IMG/VR virus record: IMGVR_UViG_3300047557_002530
Reading direction: 5' to 3' (one strand)
Source: a virus
Lineage: Duplodnaviria; Caudoviricetes
Length of the DNA stretch: 64,000 nucleotides
Part shown: piece by piece, positions 30,352 through 40,199 of the stretch
Position numbering within the stretch: position 1 is the stretch's first letter
Layout: each line of letters opens with the position of its first letter
The notes under the pieces: model-generated
Databases searched by the model: none
What the model saw: the letters and a program-made list of their open reading frames with translations, nothing else
What the model was told of the DNA's origin: nothing
Made by a program: the position numbers and the translations under genes

Positions 30352-31473
30352 ATGCCTTCCAAATCTAACATTATGATCGACCAAGCAATCTCCATTCTGA
30401 AGGAAAAGTTCGGCACCGAGTTTGGTGCTGATGCTGTCAAAGAAGTGGCAGATGAACTGAATACTTCTTATGCGACTCTCTCCAAGTATCTAAATCAATA
30501 CAAGGTGGGTCGTGGTAAATGGAATCTGGAGCAAACCGTGCAAGACCTTGAAGAAACTTACAACTCTCCTGCTGCAGAAGGTTCCGATACGGTTCCTGGT
30601 GTGGCAACTATGAATTCTGTCGTTCAAAATCTTATTCCCAACAAAGATGCTACCTTCGTCAGCTTTGGTAACTTTTCGGATATTAAAAAAGTTATTCAGT
30701 CTGGTCTATTCTATCCTGCTTTCATCACTGGTCTTTCTGGCAACGGAAAAACTTTCGGTGTGGAACAGTCTTGTGCCCAACTTGGTCGGGAACTGATTCG
30801 GGTCAACATCACCATCGAAACTGATGAGGATGACCTGATTGGTGGTTTCCGTCTCGTAAATGGGGAAACTGTATGGCACAATGGTCCTGTGGTAGAAGCA
30901 ATGGAACGTGGTGCAATTCTTCTGCTCGATGAGATTGACCTGGCATCCAACAAGATTATGTGTCTGCAGTCTGTCCTTGAGGGTAAAGGTGTATTCCTCA
31001 AGAAAATCGGTAAGCATATTGTACCCAAGGCAGGTTTCAATGTGATTGCGACTGCTAACACCAAGGGTAAGGGTAGTGATGATGGTCGTTTCATTGGCAC
31101 CAATGTTCTCAACGAGGCATTCCTGGAACGATTCCCCATCACCTTCGAGCAAGAGTATCCTACTATCTCTGTTGAGACTAAAATCTTGACTAAAGTTGCA
31201 GAGTCTCTCAGCATTCCTATGATTGGCGAGCACACTGATTTTATCAAGCACCTTTGCACTTGGTCTGAGATTATTCGCAAGACCTTCAATGATGGTGGTA
31301 TTGATGAAGTCATCAGCACTCGTCGTCTGGTTCATATCATCAAGGCATACTCTATCTTCGGTAAGAAAGACAAAGCAATCAAGGTTTGTCTGAATCGTTT
31401 TGATGATGAAACCAAAACAACCTTTGTTGAGTTGTATGATAAGATTGATGTTGATTTCCAAACGCCTTCTTAA
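30352..31473 (+). CDS. cobS: MoxR/CobS-family AAA+ ATPase
   Basis: GLSGNGKT, DEDDLIGG, LLLDEID, ATANTKGKG, AFLERF. Confidence 0.88.
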   Translation: MPSKSNIMIDQAISILKEKFGTEFGADAVKEVADELNTSYATLSKYLNQYKVGRGKWNLEQTVQDLEETYNSPAAEGSDTVPGVATMNSVVQNLIPNKDATFVSFGNFSDIKKVIQSGLFYPAFITGLSGNGKTFGVEQSCAQLGRELIRVNITIETDEDDLIGGFRLVNGETVWHNGPVVEAMERGAILLLDEIDLASNKIMCLQSVLEGKGVFLKKIGKHIVPKAGFNVIATANTKGKGSDDGRFIGTNVLNEAFLERFPITFEQEYPTISVETKILTKVAESLSIPMIGEHTDFIKHLCTWSEIIRKTFNDGGIDEVISTRRLVHIIKAYSIFGKKDKAIKVCLNRFDDETKTTFVELYDKIDVDFQTPS

Positions 31474-31480
31474 GAGTCCA

Positions 31481-31509
31481 TTGACACATATCAGTCTGTT
31501 TGATATAAT
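31481..31509 (+). promoter_or_regulatory. sigma70-type promoter
   Basis: TTGACA-17 nt-TATAAT (perfect consensus). Confidence 0.85.
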
Positions 31510-31562
31510 TGGGGGAGGTAAAAAAGTGCCTTCCCTCTTTTTGTCCTTTACTGTAAAATGCA

Positions 31563-32051
31563 ATGACTGAAAACTTTAAGAGCACTTATGAAAGTTCAAT
31601 TCCTAATCAAGATTTCTGGGAAGAAGATGGTATTAGTCTAACTGGAAATCCTTGCCCCTCAGCAGATACGATCATCTTTGGATCACGACTTCCTGGTGGT
31701 CTTGGTGAAGATCATCTATCATTGAATATGCCTTCTACTTTTAATTTGGAAATGCCCGAAGATACAAACAAAAACGGTTTTTGGAAATACAACGAAGATA
31801 AAATCCTGAAACAACTTGAAGAATATATTGCAAGTACTTATCGCCAGCATTATGTCGATCGAACTGGTGGCGGTAAAGAGCAAACTCTTGATAAGATCAA
31901 GCACAATCGCCGCGAAGGATTCTGTGCTGGTAATGTAACGAAGTATATTGATCGTTATGATACAAAAGGAACTCCACGAGCAGATCTTTTTAAAGTTCTT
32001 CACTATACTATTCTTCTGATCAACCATCTCGACCTTATTGAAAATAAGTGA
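31563..32051 (+). CDS. DUF3310-like protein
   Basis: GFCAGNVTKYIDRY..K...DLFKVLHY C-terminal motif. Confidence 0.7.
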   Translation: MTENFKSTYESSIPNQDFWEEDGISLTGNPCPSADTIIFGSRLPGGLGEDHLSLNMPSTFNLEMPEDTNKNGFWKYNEDKILKQLEEYIASTYRQHYVDRTGGGKEQTLDKIKHNRREGFCAGNVTKYIDRYDTKGTPRADLFKVLHYTILLINHLDLIENK

Positions 32052-32053
32052 TT

Positions 32054-32719
32054 ATGAAACTCTCTGATAAAACTCTGACCCTACTGAAGAACTTTTCTTC
32101 AATTAATCAGTCCATTCTTTTCAAGGAAGGTAGCAACCTACGGACAATTTCTGTGATGAAAAACATCCTAGCAGAAGCAACAATTGAAGAAGAACTGCCT
32201 AAAGATTTTGGTATCTATGACTTGAACCAGTTTCTGAATGGTCTCAATCTCCACCAAAATGCTGAACTTGATTTCCAGAATGATGGTTATGTAGTAATTA
32301 AAGAAGGCAAGTCTCGTTCTAAGTATTTCTTCGCAGACCCTAACGTAATCATTACTCCTCCCGAAAAGGATATTGTTCTGCCAAGTGAAGATGTTTGTTT
32401 CCTTCTTGATACCAAAGAACTTGATAAACTGCTTAAAGCTGCTTCTGTCTATCAACTTCCTGACTTGTCTGTGGTTGGTGAAGCAGGTGTGGTGAAACTG
32501 GTAGTTCGTGATAAGAAGAATGATACTTCTAATGACTTTTCCGTGATTGTTGGCGAAACTGATGAAGTATTCTCCTTTAACTTCAAGGTAGAGAATATCA
32601 AGATTCTTCCTGGTTCTTATGAGGTAGTTATCTCACGTAAACTTTTGTCGCGCTTCAAGAATACTGGATTTGATGTTAGTTATTGGATTGCATTAGAACC
32701 AGATAGTCAGTTTAGTTGA
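32054..32719 (+). CDS. gp45: sliding clamp gp45
   Basis: MKLSDKTLTLLKNFSSINQSI, FGIYDLNQFL, YWIALEPDS. GTG at 32048 is an alternative start. Confidence 0.95.
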   Translation: MKLSDKTLTLLKNFSSINQSILFKEGSNLRTISVMKNILAEATIEEELPKDFGIYDLNQFLNGLNLHQNAELDFQNDGYVVIKEGKSRSKYFFADPNVIITPPEKDIVLPSEDVCFLLDTKELDKLLKAASVYQLPDLSVVGEAGVVKLVVRDKKNDTSNDFSVIVGETDEVFSFNFKVENIKILPGSYEVVISRKLLSRFKNTGFDVSYWIALEPDSQFS

Positions 32720-32723
32720 TATG

Positions 32724-32765
32724 AAAGTATCTTATTATATAAATAATAATGTAATAAGATACTTT
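32724..32765 (+). promoter_or_regulatory. 14-bp inverted repeat enclosing late promoter TATAAATA (32738..32745)
   Basis: AAAGTATCTTATTA (32724..32737) and TAATAAGATACTTT (32752..32765), 2 nt before the endonuclease ATG. Confidence 0.85.
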
Positions 32766-32767
32766 TT

Positions 32768-33334
32768 ATGTTTATCTATAAAATAACCAATAGACAAACT
32801 CAAGAGTTTTATGTAGGTCAAACTATAAAAAATATTGAGTATAGATTTAGAAAACATAAAGAAATATCTATTCGTGGTGGTGGATATAAACTTCATAGTG
32901 CTATGAGAAAGTATGGTGTAGAAAATTTTATTATTGAAATTTTGGATACTGCTACTAACTTAGACGAATTAAATGAAAAAGAAATCTACCATATAGACAC
33001 ACTTAAACCTTATTATAACATTCTTCCCGGAGGTCAAATCAGATTATCTGAAAGTTCTATTAGAAAAATGCGAGAAAGTTTAACTGGAAAAAAACAACCA
33101 AAAGAACTCGTTGCAAAAAGATTTAAAAAATTAAGAGAACTTGAAAATGACAAACAATTCCTAATTGAGAGGGGAAAAAGTGTAAGTGAATCAAAGAAAA
33201 AAACATATTTAATAGAAAATGTTTATTTTACTGGATTGGAAGAAGTTGCTAAACATCACAACATAAGTTATACTTGTGCCAGAGCAAGAGTAAAATCATC
33301 TTCTTCTACTTGGGAAAATTGGATTAAACTTTAA
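32768..33334 (+). mobile_element. free-standing GIY-YIG homing endonuclease (Seg-like, NUMOD3-like C-terminus)
   Basis: FIYKITN...FYVGQT, HSAMRKYG..NF.IEIL, YNILPGG; AT-rich, inserted after gp45. Confidence 0.88.
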
Positions 33335-33344
33335 TTTCTATGTT

Positions 33345-33857
33345 ATGAACATCTTCGTTACTTCTCCATTTCCGGCTGAGAGTGCCATTTGTCTCCCTGA
33401 CAAACACATCGTTAAGATGCCCCTAGAGTGCTGTCAGATGCTCTCTATCGTGGCATCAGAGAAGTGGGGGCATGGGTATGGAACTCTCCCTAAGACGGAC
33501 GGAACCCCCTACAAGACGGACAGGGGAGCGTTCCGCAATCATCCCTGCACCAAGTGGGCACTGGAGAGTATCCATAATGCCTACTGGTTAATCAAGTGGG
33601 GATTGAACTTGTCTGATGAATACTGCCTGCGGTATAATAAAACCCACTCCTGTTACAAGACTCTTGTGGATGCATACTATTTGTTTCCCAAGGGTAAGAT
33701 TACAGAAGTGACTCCATTTGCTCGTGCTATGCCAGAGGAATGGAAGTTTGACGGCACTATTGACACATTTGAAGCATACAAAAGGTATATCGCATCCAAA
33801 CCTTGGGTGTCTGAAAACTATCTTCGTATGCCTGAGCGCAAACCTAACTGGGTCTAA
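33345..33857 (+). CDS. pyrimidine dimer DNA glycosylase (DenV)-like protein
   Basis: MNIFVT...DKHIVKMPLECCQMLS, HPCTKW motifs. Confidence 0.7.
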   Translation: MNIFVTSPFPAESAICLPDKHIVKMPLECCQMLSIVASEKWGHGYGTLPKTDGTPYKTDRGAFRNHPCTKWALESIHNAYWLIKWGLNLSDEYCLRYNKTHSCYKTLVDAYYLFPKGKITEVTPFARAMPEEWKFDGTIDTFEAYKRYIASKPWVSENYLRMPERKPNWV

Positions 33858-33860
33858 ATT

Positions 33861-34805
33861 ATGACAAGTGAATTTCTTTTTGTGGAGAAATACCGCCCTC
33901 AAGTAATTGAGGATTGTATTCTTCCTGATGATACTAAAAAAACATTTAAGGAGTTTGTGGAGAAGGGAGAGATTCCGAATCTTCTTCTCGCAGGACCTCC
34001 TGGTATTGGTAAAACTACCATTGCAAAAGCATTGTGTAATGAGTTGGGAGCAGATTTCTATGTCATCAACGGATCCGACGAAGGACGTTTCCTGGATACT
34101 GTACGGAACCAAGCAAAGAACTTCGCTTCGACCGTCTCACTTACGGGATCTTCTAAACACAAAGTCATCATCATCGATGAGGCGGATAACACAGGCAATG
34201 ACGTACAACTCCTACTACGGGCGAATATTGAGGCATTTTATAACAACTGCCGATTCATCTTCACCTGCAACTACAAGAACAAAATTATTGAACCTCTTCA
34301 CTCCCGATGTGCCGTTATCGACTTTACCATCAAAGGGAAGCAAAGAGTTCAACTTGCAGGAAGTTTCTTTCAACGACTTCAAACAATATTGGATGCGGAA
34401 AAGATTGAGTACGATCAAAAAGTCGTTGCTGAACTTGTTACAAAACATTTCCCCGACTTCCGTAGGGTTCTGAATGAAATTCAACGATACTCTACTGGCG
34501 GTAAAATTGATTCTGGTATTCTCGCATCTTTCTCTGATGTTTCCGTAAATGAACTCGTCAAAAATCTCAAAGACAAAAACTTTACAGAGGTTCGTAAATG
34601 GGTGGTCTCCAACCTGGATAACGATGCTAGTAGTCTACTTCGCCGGATTTATGACGCCTCTTTTGATAACCTTTCACCCCAATCTATTCCTGCTGCCGTT
34701 CTTGTTATTGCTAAGTATCAATACCAATGTGCGTTCGTGGCTGACCAGGAAGTAAATCTTCTTGCTGCTCTTACTGAAATTATGTGCGAGTGTGAGTTCA
34801 AATGA
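33861..34805 (+). CDS. gp44: clamp loader large subunit gp44
   Basis: EKYRPQ, GPPGIGKT, IIIDEAD, PLHSRC. Confidence 0.96.
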   Translation: MTSEFLFVEKYRPQVIEDCILPDDTKKTFKEFVEKGEIPNLLLAGPPGIGKTTIAKALCNELGADFYVINGSDEGRFLDTVRNQAKNFASTVSLTGSSKHKVIIIDEADNTGNDVQLLLRANIEAFYNNCRFIFTCNYKNKIIEPLHSRCAVIDFTIKGKQRVQLAGSFFQRLQTILDAEKIEYDQKVVAELVTKHFPDFRRVLNEIQRYSTGGKIDSGILASFSDVSVNELVKNLKDKNFTEVRKWVVSNLDNDASSLLRRIYDASFDNLSPQSIPAAVLVIAKYQYQCAFVADQEVNLLAALTEIMCECEFK

Positions 34806-35659
34806 CTTCGAATAAATCATTAAAAACTGCCTTGCGTTACCCTGGCGGTAAGAGTAGGGCAGTCGCTAAGATGGGACCATACTTTCCAGACCTTCGCAAC
34901 TATGATGAGTTTCGGGAACCATTTCTTGGAGGTGGAAGTGTTGCAATTTATATCACTAAAAAATATCCCAGTGTAGATATTTGGGTTAATGATCTTTATG
35001 AACCACTTGTAAACTTCTGGCAGCAACTCCAGATTTTTGGATATGATTTGAAAAGTGAACTTGTTGACTTAAAGAAGGCAAATAATACTCCAGACAAAGC
35101 AAGAGAACTTTTCCTTCAATCAAAGGAACGGATCAATGACAAAACTGTGTCAAATTTTGATCGTGCTGTGGCTTTTTATATTGTCAATAAGTGTAGTTTC
35201 AGTGGTCTTACAGAGAGTTCATCATTTTCAGAGCAAGCATCCAATTCAAACTTTAGTTTGCGTGGAATTGAAAAACTACCTGAGTACTCTGTATTAATTG
35301 AAAAATGGCGTATAACTAATTATTCCTATGACTATCTGATGGATGGTAATAAGAGTGCTTTTATGTATCTCGATCCTCCTTATGATATTAAGGATAATCT
35401 CTATGGGAACAAGGGATCAATGCATAAAGGATTTGATCACGATAAGTTTGCTGCCGATTGTGATGCTAATAATATGGATCAATTGGTAAGTTATAACTCA
35501 GATCAACTTGTCAAAGATCGTTTTAAGAACTGGAACGCTGCAGAGTTTGATTTGACTTATACGATGCGTTCGGTTGGTGAATATATGCGCGAACAAAAAA
35601 ATCGTAAAGAATTGCTGCTATTTAATTATGGAATTGAAGGACTGGCTGAACTCAATTAA
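34802..35659 (+). CDS. dam: DNA adenine methyltransferase (Dam/D12 class)
   Basis: LRYPGGKS, EPFLGGGSV, YLDPPY. Confidence 0.93.
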   Translation: MTSNKSLKTALRYPGGKSRAVAKMGPYFPDLRNYDEFREPFLGGGSVAIYITKKYPSVDIWVNDLYEPLVNFWQQLQIFGYDLKSELVDLKKANNTPDKARELFLQSKERINDKTVSNFDRAVAFYIVNKCSFSGLTESSSFSEQASNSNFSLRGIEKLPEYSVLIEKWRITNYSYDYLMDGNKSAFMYLDPPYDIKDNLYGNKGSMHKGFDHDKFAADCDANNMDQLVSYNSDQLVKDRFKNWNAAEFDLTYTMRSVGEYMREQKNRKELLLFNYGIEGLAELN

Positions 35660-36005
35660 TTCTACAAAAGAAAATTTGATGGAGGATTCCTCCACAATCA
35701 AAGAATATTCTCCCTATGTTATTAATCGATGTTTATCTGGGTATATTGATTGCGTTCTCTTCGCAAATGAAATGAATATGAATCATAGTCTTGATAAAGA
35801 TATGCAATATTCATTTTATCTAAATATTATAAGAAAAAGGAAGAGATTTTCTCCCTGGCTCCGTAAAGATGAAATCCAAGACTTAGAATATGTAAAAAAA
35901 TACTATGGTTATAGTAACGAAAAGGCATATCAAGCACTGAAAATTTTGTCGAGAGAGCAAATCAACTTTATTAAACAACGACTTGAAACTGGCGGAACAA
36001 AATGA
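35628..36005 (+). CDS. gp62: clamp loader small subunit gp62
   Basis: MELKDWLNSIN, YSPYVINRCLS, YYGYSNEKA. Start moved from tracked 35574 to the ATG at 35628. Confidence 0.9.
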   Translation: MELKDWLNSINSTKENLMEDSSTIKEYSPYVINRCLSGYIDCVLFANEMNMNHSLDKDMQYSFYLNIIRKRKRFSPWLRKDEIQDLEYVKKYYGYSNEKAYQALKILSREQINFIKQRLETGGTK

Positions 36006-36442
36006 CAACCCAAACAATTGAACCACAAGTAAATTGGTCACAGGACCAAATGGTGGAAGTTATTCTAAATGAACCTGATGATTTTTTAAAGGTTCGTGAG
36101 ACTTTGACTCGTATCGGAGTTGCCTCTAGGAAGGAGAAAAAACTCTACCAGTCTTGCCATATTCTTCACAAACAGGGAAGATATTATATTGTTCACTTTA
36201 AAGAACTATTTGCTCTTGATGGCAAACATGCTAATCTTACTGTAAATGACGTTCAGAGACGTAATCGTATTGTTCGTCTTCTTGCTGATTGGGGATTGAT
36301 TACTGTGATTGATCAAGATAAGGTTGCTGATATTGCTCCCCTGAATCAAATTAAAGTTCTTGCTTATAAGGATAAAGGGGATTGGATTTTGGAACAGAAA
36401 TATAATATTGGTAAAAAAGGAAAAGCAGTAGATCCCGAATAA
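36002..36442 (+). CDS. regA: translational repressor RegA
   Basis: DDFLKVRETLTRIGVAS, QSCHILHKQGRYYIVHFKELF. Confidence 0.96.
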   Translation: MTTQTIEPQVNWSQDQMVEVILNEPDDFLKVRETLTRIGVASRKEKKLYQSCHILHKQGRYYIVHFKELFALDGKHANLTVNDVQRRNRIVRLLADWGLITVIDQDKVADIAPLNQIKVLAYKDKGDWILEQKYNIGKKGKAVDPE

Positions 36443-36601
36443 ATAGTAATGTGCCATTCGTGCGGCACTCTACAAAAGTCGGAACACCCTAAAGAGAAGT
36501 TCGGTTTTTACCGTTCTTCTCTTTTTTGATTTTTGGTTAAATAGTAATGGATGCCGAAAGGGTCCACACAACACAAACTCGCTTTTAAAGGAGCTACCAT
36601 A

Positions 36602-37036
36602 ATGACTAACCTAACAAGGTATACTGCTGCGGATCTTCCTGCTCTGATGGATAGAATTACGCGCAATTCAATCGGAATGGATGAATATTTTGATCGTCTA
36701 TTTCATCTTCACGAAACAACTTCTAACTACCCGCCATATAATCTAGTTCAAGTTAGTAACGTAGAATCGAGACTTGAATTAGCACTCGCTGGATTTAAAA
36801 AGAAAGAAGTTTACGTTTACACGCAAGATGGAAAACTTTTTATTGAGGGACAAAAGGAAGATAAGGAAACTGATACCAACTACGTCCATAAGGGATTGGC
36901 TCAACGATCTTTCAAGAGAGCGTGGACGATGGCAGATGATACAGAAGTCGCAGATGTATCCTTTGAAGATGGACTCCTCTCTGTCAACTTGAAAAAAATT
37001 GTTCCCGATCATCATAAGAGAAAAGATTATCTATAA
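36602..37036 (+). CDS. hsp20: small heat shock protein Hsp20 (IbpA-like)
   Basis: NYPPYNLV, LALAGF, HKGLAQRSF, FEDGLL; GGAG RBS at 36590 supports start 36602. Confidence 0.93.
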   Translation: MTNLTRYTAADLPALMDRITRNSIGMDEYFDRLFHLHETTSNYPPYNLVQVSNVESRLELALAGFKKKEVYVYTQDGKLFIEGQKEDKETDTNYVHKGLAQRSFKRAWTMADDTEVADVSFEDGLLSVNLKKIVPDHHKRKDYL

Positions 37037-37058
37037 ATATAACTGAATATCGTCGGCG

Positions 37059-37103
37059 CGAGGGGACCCTGGCAAAATCCAGGTTGACTCCCCTCTTTTT
37101 TCT
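37059..37103 (+). terminator. intrinsic terminator after hsp20
   Basis: GAGGGGA...TCCCCTC stem with inner CCTGG/CCAGG helix, then a T run. Confidence 0.75.
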
Positions 37104-37133
37104 TGCTAGAATACTTAGAGGTATGGAGTAAAA

Positions 37134-37502
37134 ATGACGGTAAAACTTGCTCTTTTAAAATCGGGCGAAGACGTAATTGCTGACGTTCAAGAAATGGTAG
37201 TGGGTAAAGAACCCGAACAAAAAGTAGTTGGATATATTTTTAATAAACCTTGTAGCATTAAAATGCGAGTCAGGGAAGAAGATAATGATAAGGAAAAAAC
37301 TGATTCAGTAAAAATCAGATTGACTCCTTGGATCATACTAACAAAGGATACTAAAATCCCAGTATCTTTAGATTGGGTAATTACTCTTGTTGATCCAATA
37401 GATCAACTTCTAAAAATGTATCAAGAGGACATCTTAAACAATGGAAAAGATAATCAAAGTATTAGTTCTAATGAATCAGCAAATCCTGATATCTCAAATT
37501 GA
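37134..37502 (+). CDS. conserved hypothetical protein (Sm-like fold suspected)
   Basis: MTVKLALLKSGEDVIAD, LTPWIILTKD..IPV..DWV; upstream of gp43. Confidence 0.75.
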   Translation: MTVKLALLKSGEDVIADVQEMVVGKEPEQKVVGYIFNKPCSIKMRVREEDNDKEKTDSVKIRLTPWIILTKDTKIPVSLDWVITLVDPIDQLLKMYQEDILNNGKDNQSISSNESANPDISN

Positions 37503-37701
37503 GGAAGTTGGTGCTGACATTGGAGAACCAGATTGCAAGCTAGTTACTCCTTTTGTCATAAAAAATGATATGATGTTGGAACCATTTCTTAGTCGATATA
37601 CAAAACAAAATACATTTATGATGAGTTCCGACAAGATTCTTACTCTTGTGGATCCTACGCCCAATTTACTTGAAAAATACCAGGACTTGATTAAAGAATG
37701 A
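37441..37701 (+). CDS. conserved hypothetical protein
   Basis: EEVGADIGEPDCKL..PF motif; overlaps gp43 start. Confidence 0.75.
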   Translation: MEKIIKVLVLMNQQILISQIEEVGADIGEPDCKLVTPFVIKNDMMLEPFLSRYTKQNTFMMSSDKILTLVDPTPNLLEKYQDLIKE

Positions 37702-40199
37702 CTCAACGCTTTTATACTAATGTTCAATTGATTGGAAATCAAATTCTTGTTCGTGGAGTTGAAAATGGAAAAAGATTTGAAAATAGAGATGAGTTTTACC
37801 CAACCCTATTTGTAAAAACCAAAAAAGATTCAAAATATCGAACCTTAAGTGGGGAATTTGTAGAACCAATAAAACCCGGAACAATTAAAGATTGTCGCGA
37901 GTTTTATAAAAAGTATGAAAGCGTAGATGGATTTGAGATCTATGGGAATGACAGGTACATCTGTCAATATATTTCCGAAAAATATCCAGAGGATGAAATT
38001 AAGTTTGATATTAGTAAAATCAAACTTGTAACTCTAGATATTGAGGTTGCTTCTGAAGGAGGATTCCCCGATGTAGAATCTTGTTCTGAGGAAATTCTTG
38101 CAATTAGTATTCAGGATTACACTACTAAAGAGATTATTACTTGGGGAGTTAAACCATTTAAACACAATCGTAAGGACTTGACTTACCATTATTGTCCTTC
38201 TGAATATGAACTTCTCAATAATTTTATCAATTATTGGATGTTTAATGTTCCTGATGTTATTACTGGGTGGAACATTCAACTTTATGATGTCCCTTATATT
38301 TGTAAGCGTCTCAATCGGGTTCTTGGTGAAAAACTAATGAAGCGTTTTTCTAACTGGGGACTTGTAACTGAAGGAGAAACTTATATTCAAGGAAGAAAGC
38401 ACACTACATTTGATATTGGTGGTCTTACTCAACTTGATTATCTTGACCTCTATAAGAAGTTTACATATAAGGCACAGGAATCATATCGTCTTGATTATAT
38501 TGCCGAAGTCGAGTTAGGACAGAAAAAACTTGATCACTCTGAGTTTGATACCTTTAAGGACTTTTATACGCAGGGGTGGCAAAAATTCATTGAATATAAC
38601 ATCATTGACGTAGAACTTGTTGACCGTTTGGAAGACAAGATGAAACTCATTGAGTTGGCACTTACAATGGCATATGACGCAAAGGTGAACTATGCCGATG
38701 TTTTTTACCAAGTTCGTATGTGGGATAACATTATCTACACCTATCTAAAGAAAAGAAATATTGTTATTCCCCCAAAAAATAAAACACAGAAGAATGAAAA
38801 GTATGCAGGTGCTTATGTAAAAGAACCAGTTCCTGGAATGTATGATTGGGTTGTGAGTTTTGACTTGAACTCACTGTACCCGCACTTGATTATGATGTAT
38901 AACATAAGTCCAGAAACTCTTCTGGAAGAAAAGCATCCAACGGTTAATGTTGATAAAATTCTAAATCAGTCTATTAACTTTGAGATGTATAAAGATTATG
39001 CAGTTTGTGCAAACGGGGCAATGTTCCGTAAAGACATTCGTGGATTTCTTCCTGAGTTGATGGAAAAGATCTATAATGAACGGGTGATCTTTAAGAAAAA
39101 GATGCTTGCTGCAGAGCAAGAATATGAAAAAACAAAAAACAAAGAGTTGATTAAAGAGATTGCTCGTTGTAACAATATTCAGATGGCACGTAAGATTCAA
39201 CTTAACTCTGCTTATGGTGCTATTGGTAATCAATATTTCCGTTACTACAAACTAGCAAACGCTGAGGCAATTACATTGTCGGGTCAGGTTTCTATTCAAT
39301 GGATTATGAACAAAGTCAATTCTTACTTGAATAAAATTCTTAAAACAGGAAGTGAGGATTATGTTATTGCTTCAGATACTGACTCCTTGTATATTAATAT
39401 GGGTCCTTTGGTTGAAAATGTATTCGAGGGAAGAGAGAAAACTACTGAAAGCATTGTTTCGTTCCTTGATAAGGTCTGTTCGATGGAATTTGAAAAATAT
39501 ATTGAAAGTTCTTATCAAGAATTGGCGGATTATGTGAACGCATATGAACAGAAAATGTTTATGAAGCGTGAGTGTGTCGCTGAGCGTGGTATTTGGACTG
39601 CAAAGAAACGATACATTCTTAGTGTTTGGGATAGTGAAGGCGTTAGGTATAAAGAACCTAAATTGAAAATTAAAGGTATTGAGGCAATTAAGTCTTCTAC
39701 TCCAGCACCTTGTCGTAAGATGCTGAAAGAATCTTTCAGCATTATGATGAGTGGAACAGAAGATGATATGATTAGTTTTATCGATAAATGTCGCCTTGAA
39801 TTTAGGACACTTCCCCCAGAGTCTATCTCTTTCCCAAGGTCAGCTTCTGACGTTCAGAAGTACTCTTCTTCATCTGACATTTACATTAAGGGAACTCCGA
39901 TTCATGTTCGTGGAGCACTTTTATTCAATCACTATATCAAACAGAATAAGTTGACTAACAAATATTCTCTTATTCAGAATGGGGAAAAGATCAAGTTTGT
40001 TTACCTTAAGAAACCAAATACTATTCACGAAAATGTGATTACATTCATCCAAGACTTTCCAAAGGAACTCAATCTTGACAAATATATAGACTATGAACTA
40101 CAGTTTGAAAAAGCATTTCTAGAACCACTTAAGATTATTCTTGATTCTATTGGATGGAATGTTGAAAAAACCTCAAGTTTGGAATCATTTTTCTTTTGA
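37698..40199 (+). CDS. gp43: DNA polymerase family B gp43
   Basis: DIE exonuclease motif, SFDLNSLYP, KIQLNSAYG, SDTDS; no intein seen. Confidence 0.98.
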   Translation: MTQRFYTNVQLIGNQILVRGVENGKRFENRDEFYPTLFVKTKKDSKYRTLSGEFVEPIKPGTIKDCREFYKKYESVDGFEIYGNDRYICQYISEKYPEDEIKFDISKIKLVTLDIEVASEGGFPDVESCSEEILAISIQDYTTKEIITWGVKPFKHNRKDLTYHYCPSEYELLNNFINYWMFNVPDVITGWNIQLYDVPYICKRLNRVLGEKLMKRFSNWGLVTEGETYIQGRKHTTFDIGGLTQLDYLDLYKKFTYKAQESYRLDYIAEVELGQKKLDHSEFDTFKDFYTQGWQKFIEYNIIDVELVDRLEDKMKLIELALTMAYDAKVNYADVFYQVRMWDNIIYTYLKKRNIVIPPKNKTQKNEKYAGAYVKEPVPGMYDWVVSFDLNSLYPHLIMMYNISPETLLEEKHPTVNVDKILNQSINFEMYKDYAVCANGAMFRKDIRGFLPELMEKIYNERVIFKKKMLAAEQEYEKTKNKELIKEIARCNNIQMARKIQLNSAYGAIGNQYFRYYKLANAEAITLSGQVSIQWIMNKVNSYLNKILKTGSEDYVIASDTDSLYINMGPLVENVFEGREKTTESIVSFLDKVCSMEFEKYIESSYQELADYVNAYEQKMFMKRECVAERGIWTAKKRYILSVWDSEGVRYKEPKLKIKGIEAIKSSTPAPCRKMLKESFSIMMSGTEDDMISFIDKCRLEFRTLPPESISFPRSASDVQKYSSSSDIYIKGTPIHVRGALLFNHYIKQNKLTNKYSLIQNGEKIKFVYLKKPNTIHENVITFIQDFPKELNLDKYIDYELQFEKAFLEPLKIILDSIGWNVEKTSSLESFFF

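Noticed and set aside
30352-31473. Cobalamin biosynthesis function for cobS
   Set aside because: Motifs define only a MoxR-type AAA+ ATPase; no other cob genes are in the window
30706-31563. 285-aa and 202-aa minus-strand ORFs
   Set aside because: Antisense shadows of the MoxR/CobS ATPase, explained by codon bias
33907-34473. 188-aa alternative-frame ORF
   Set aside because: Fully inside gp44 in another frame; no recognisable features
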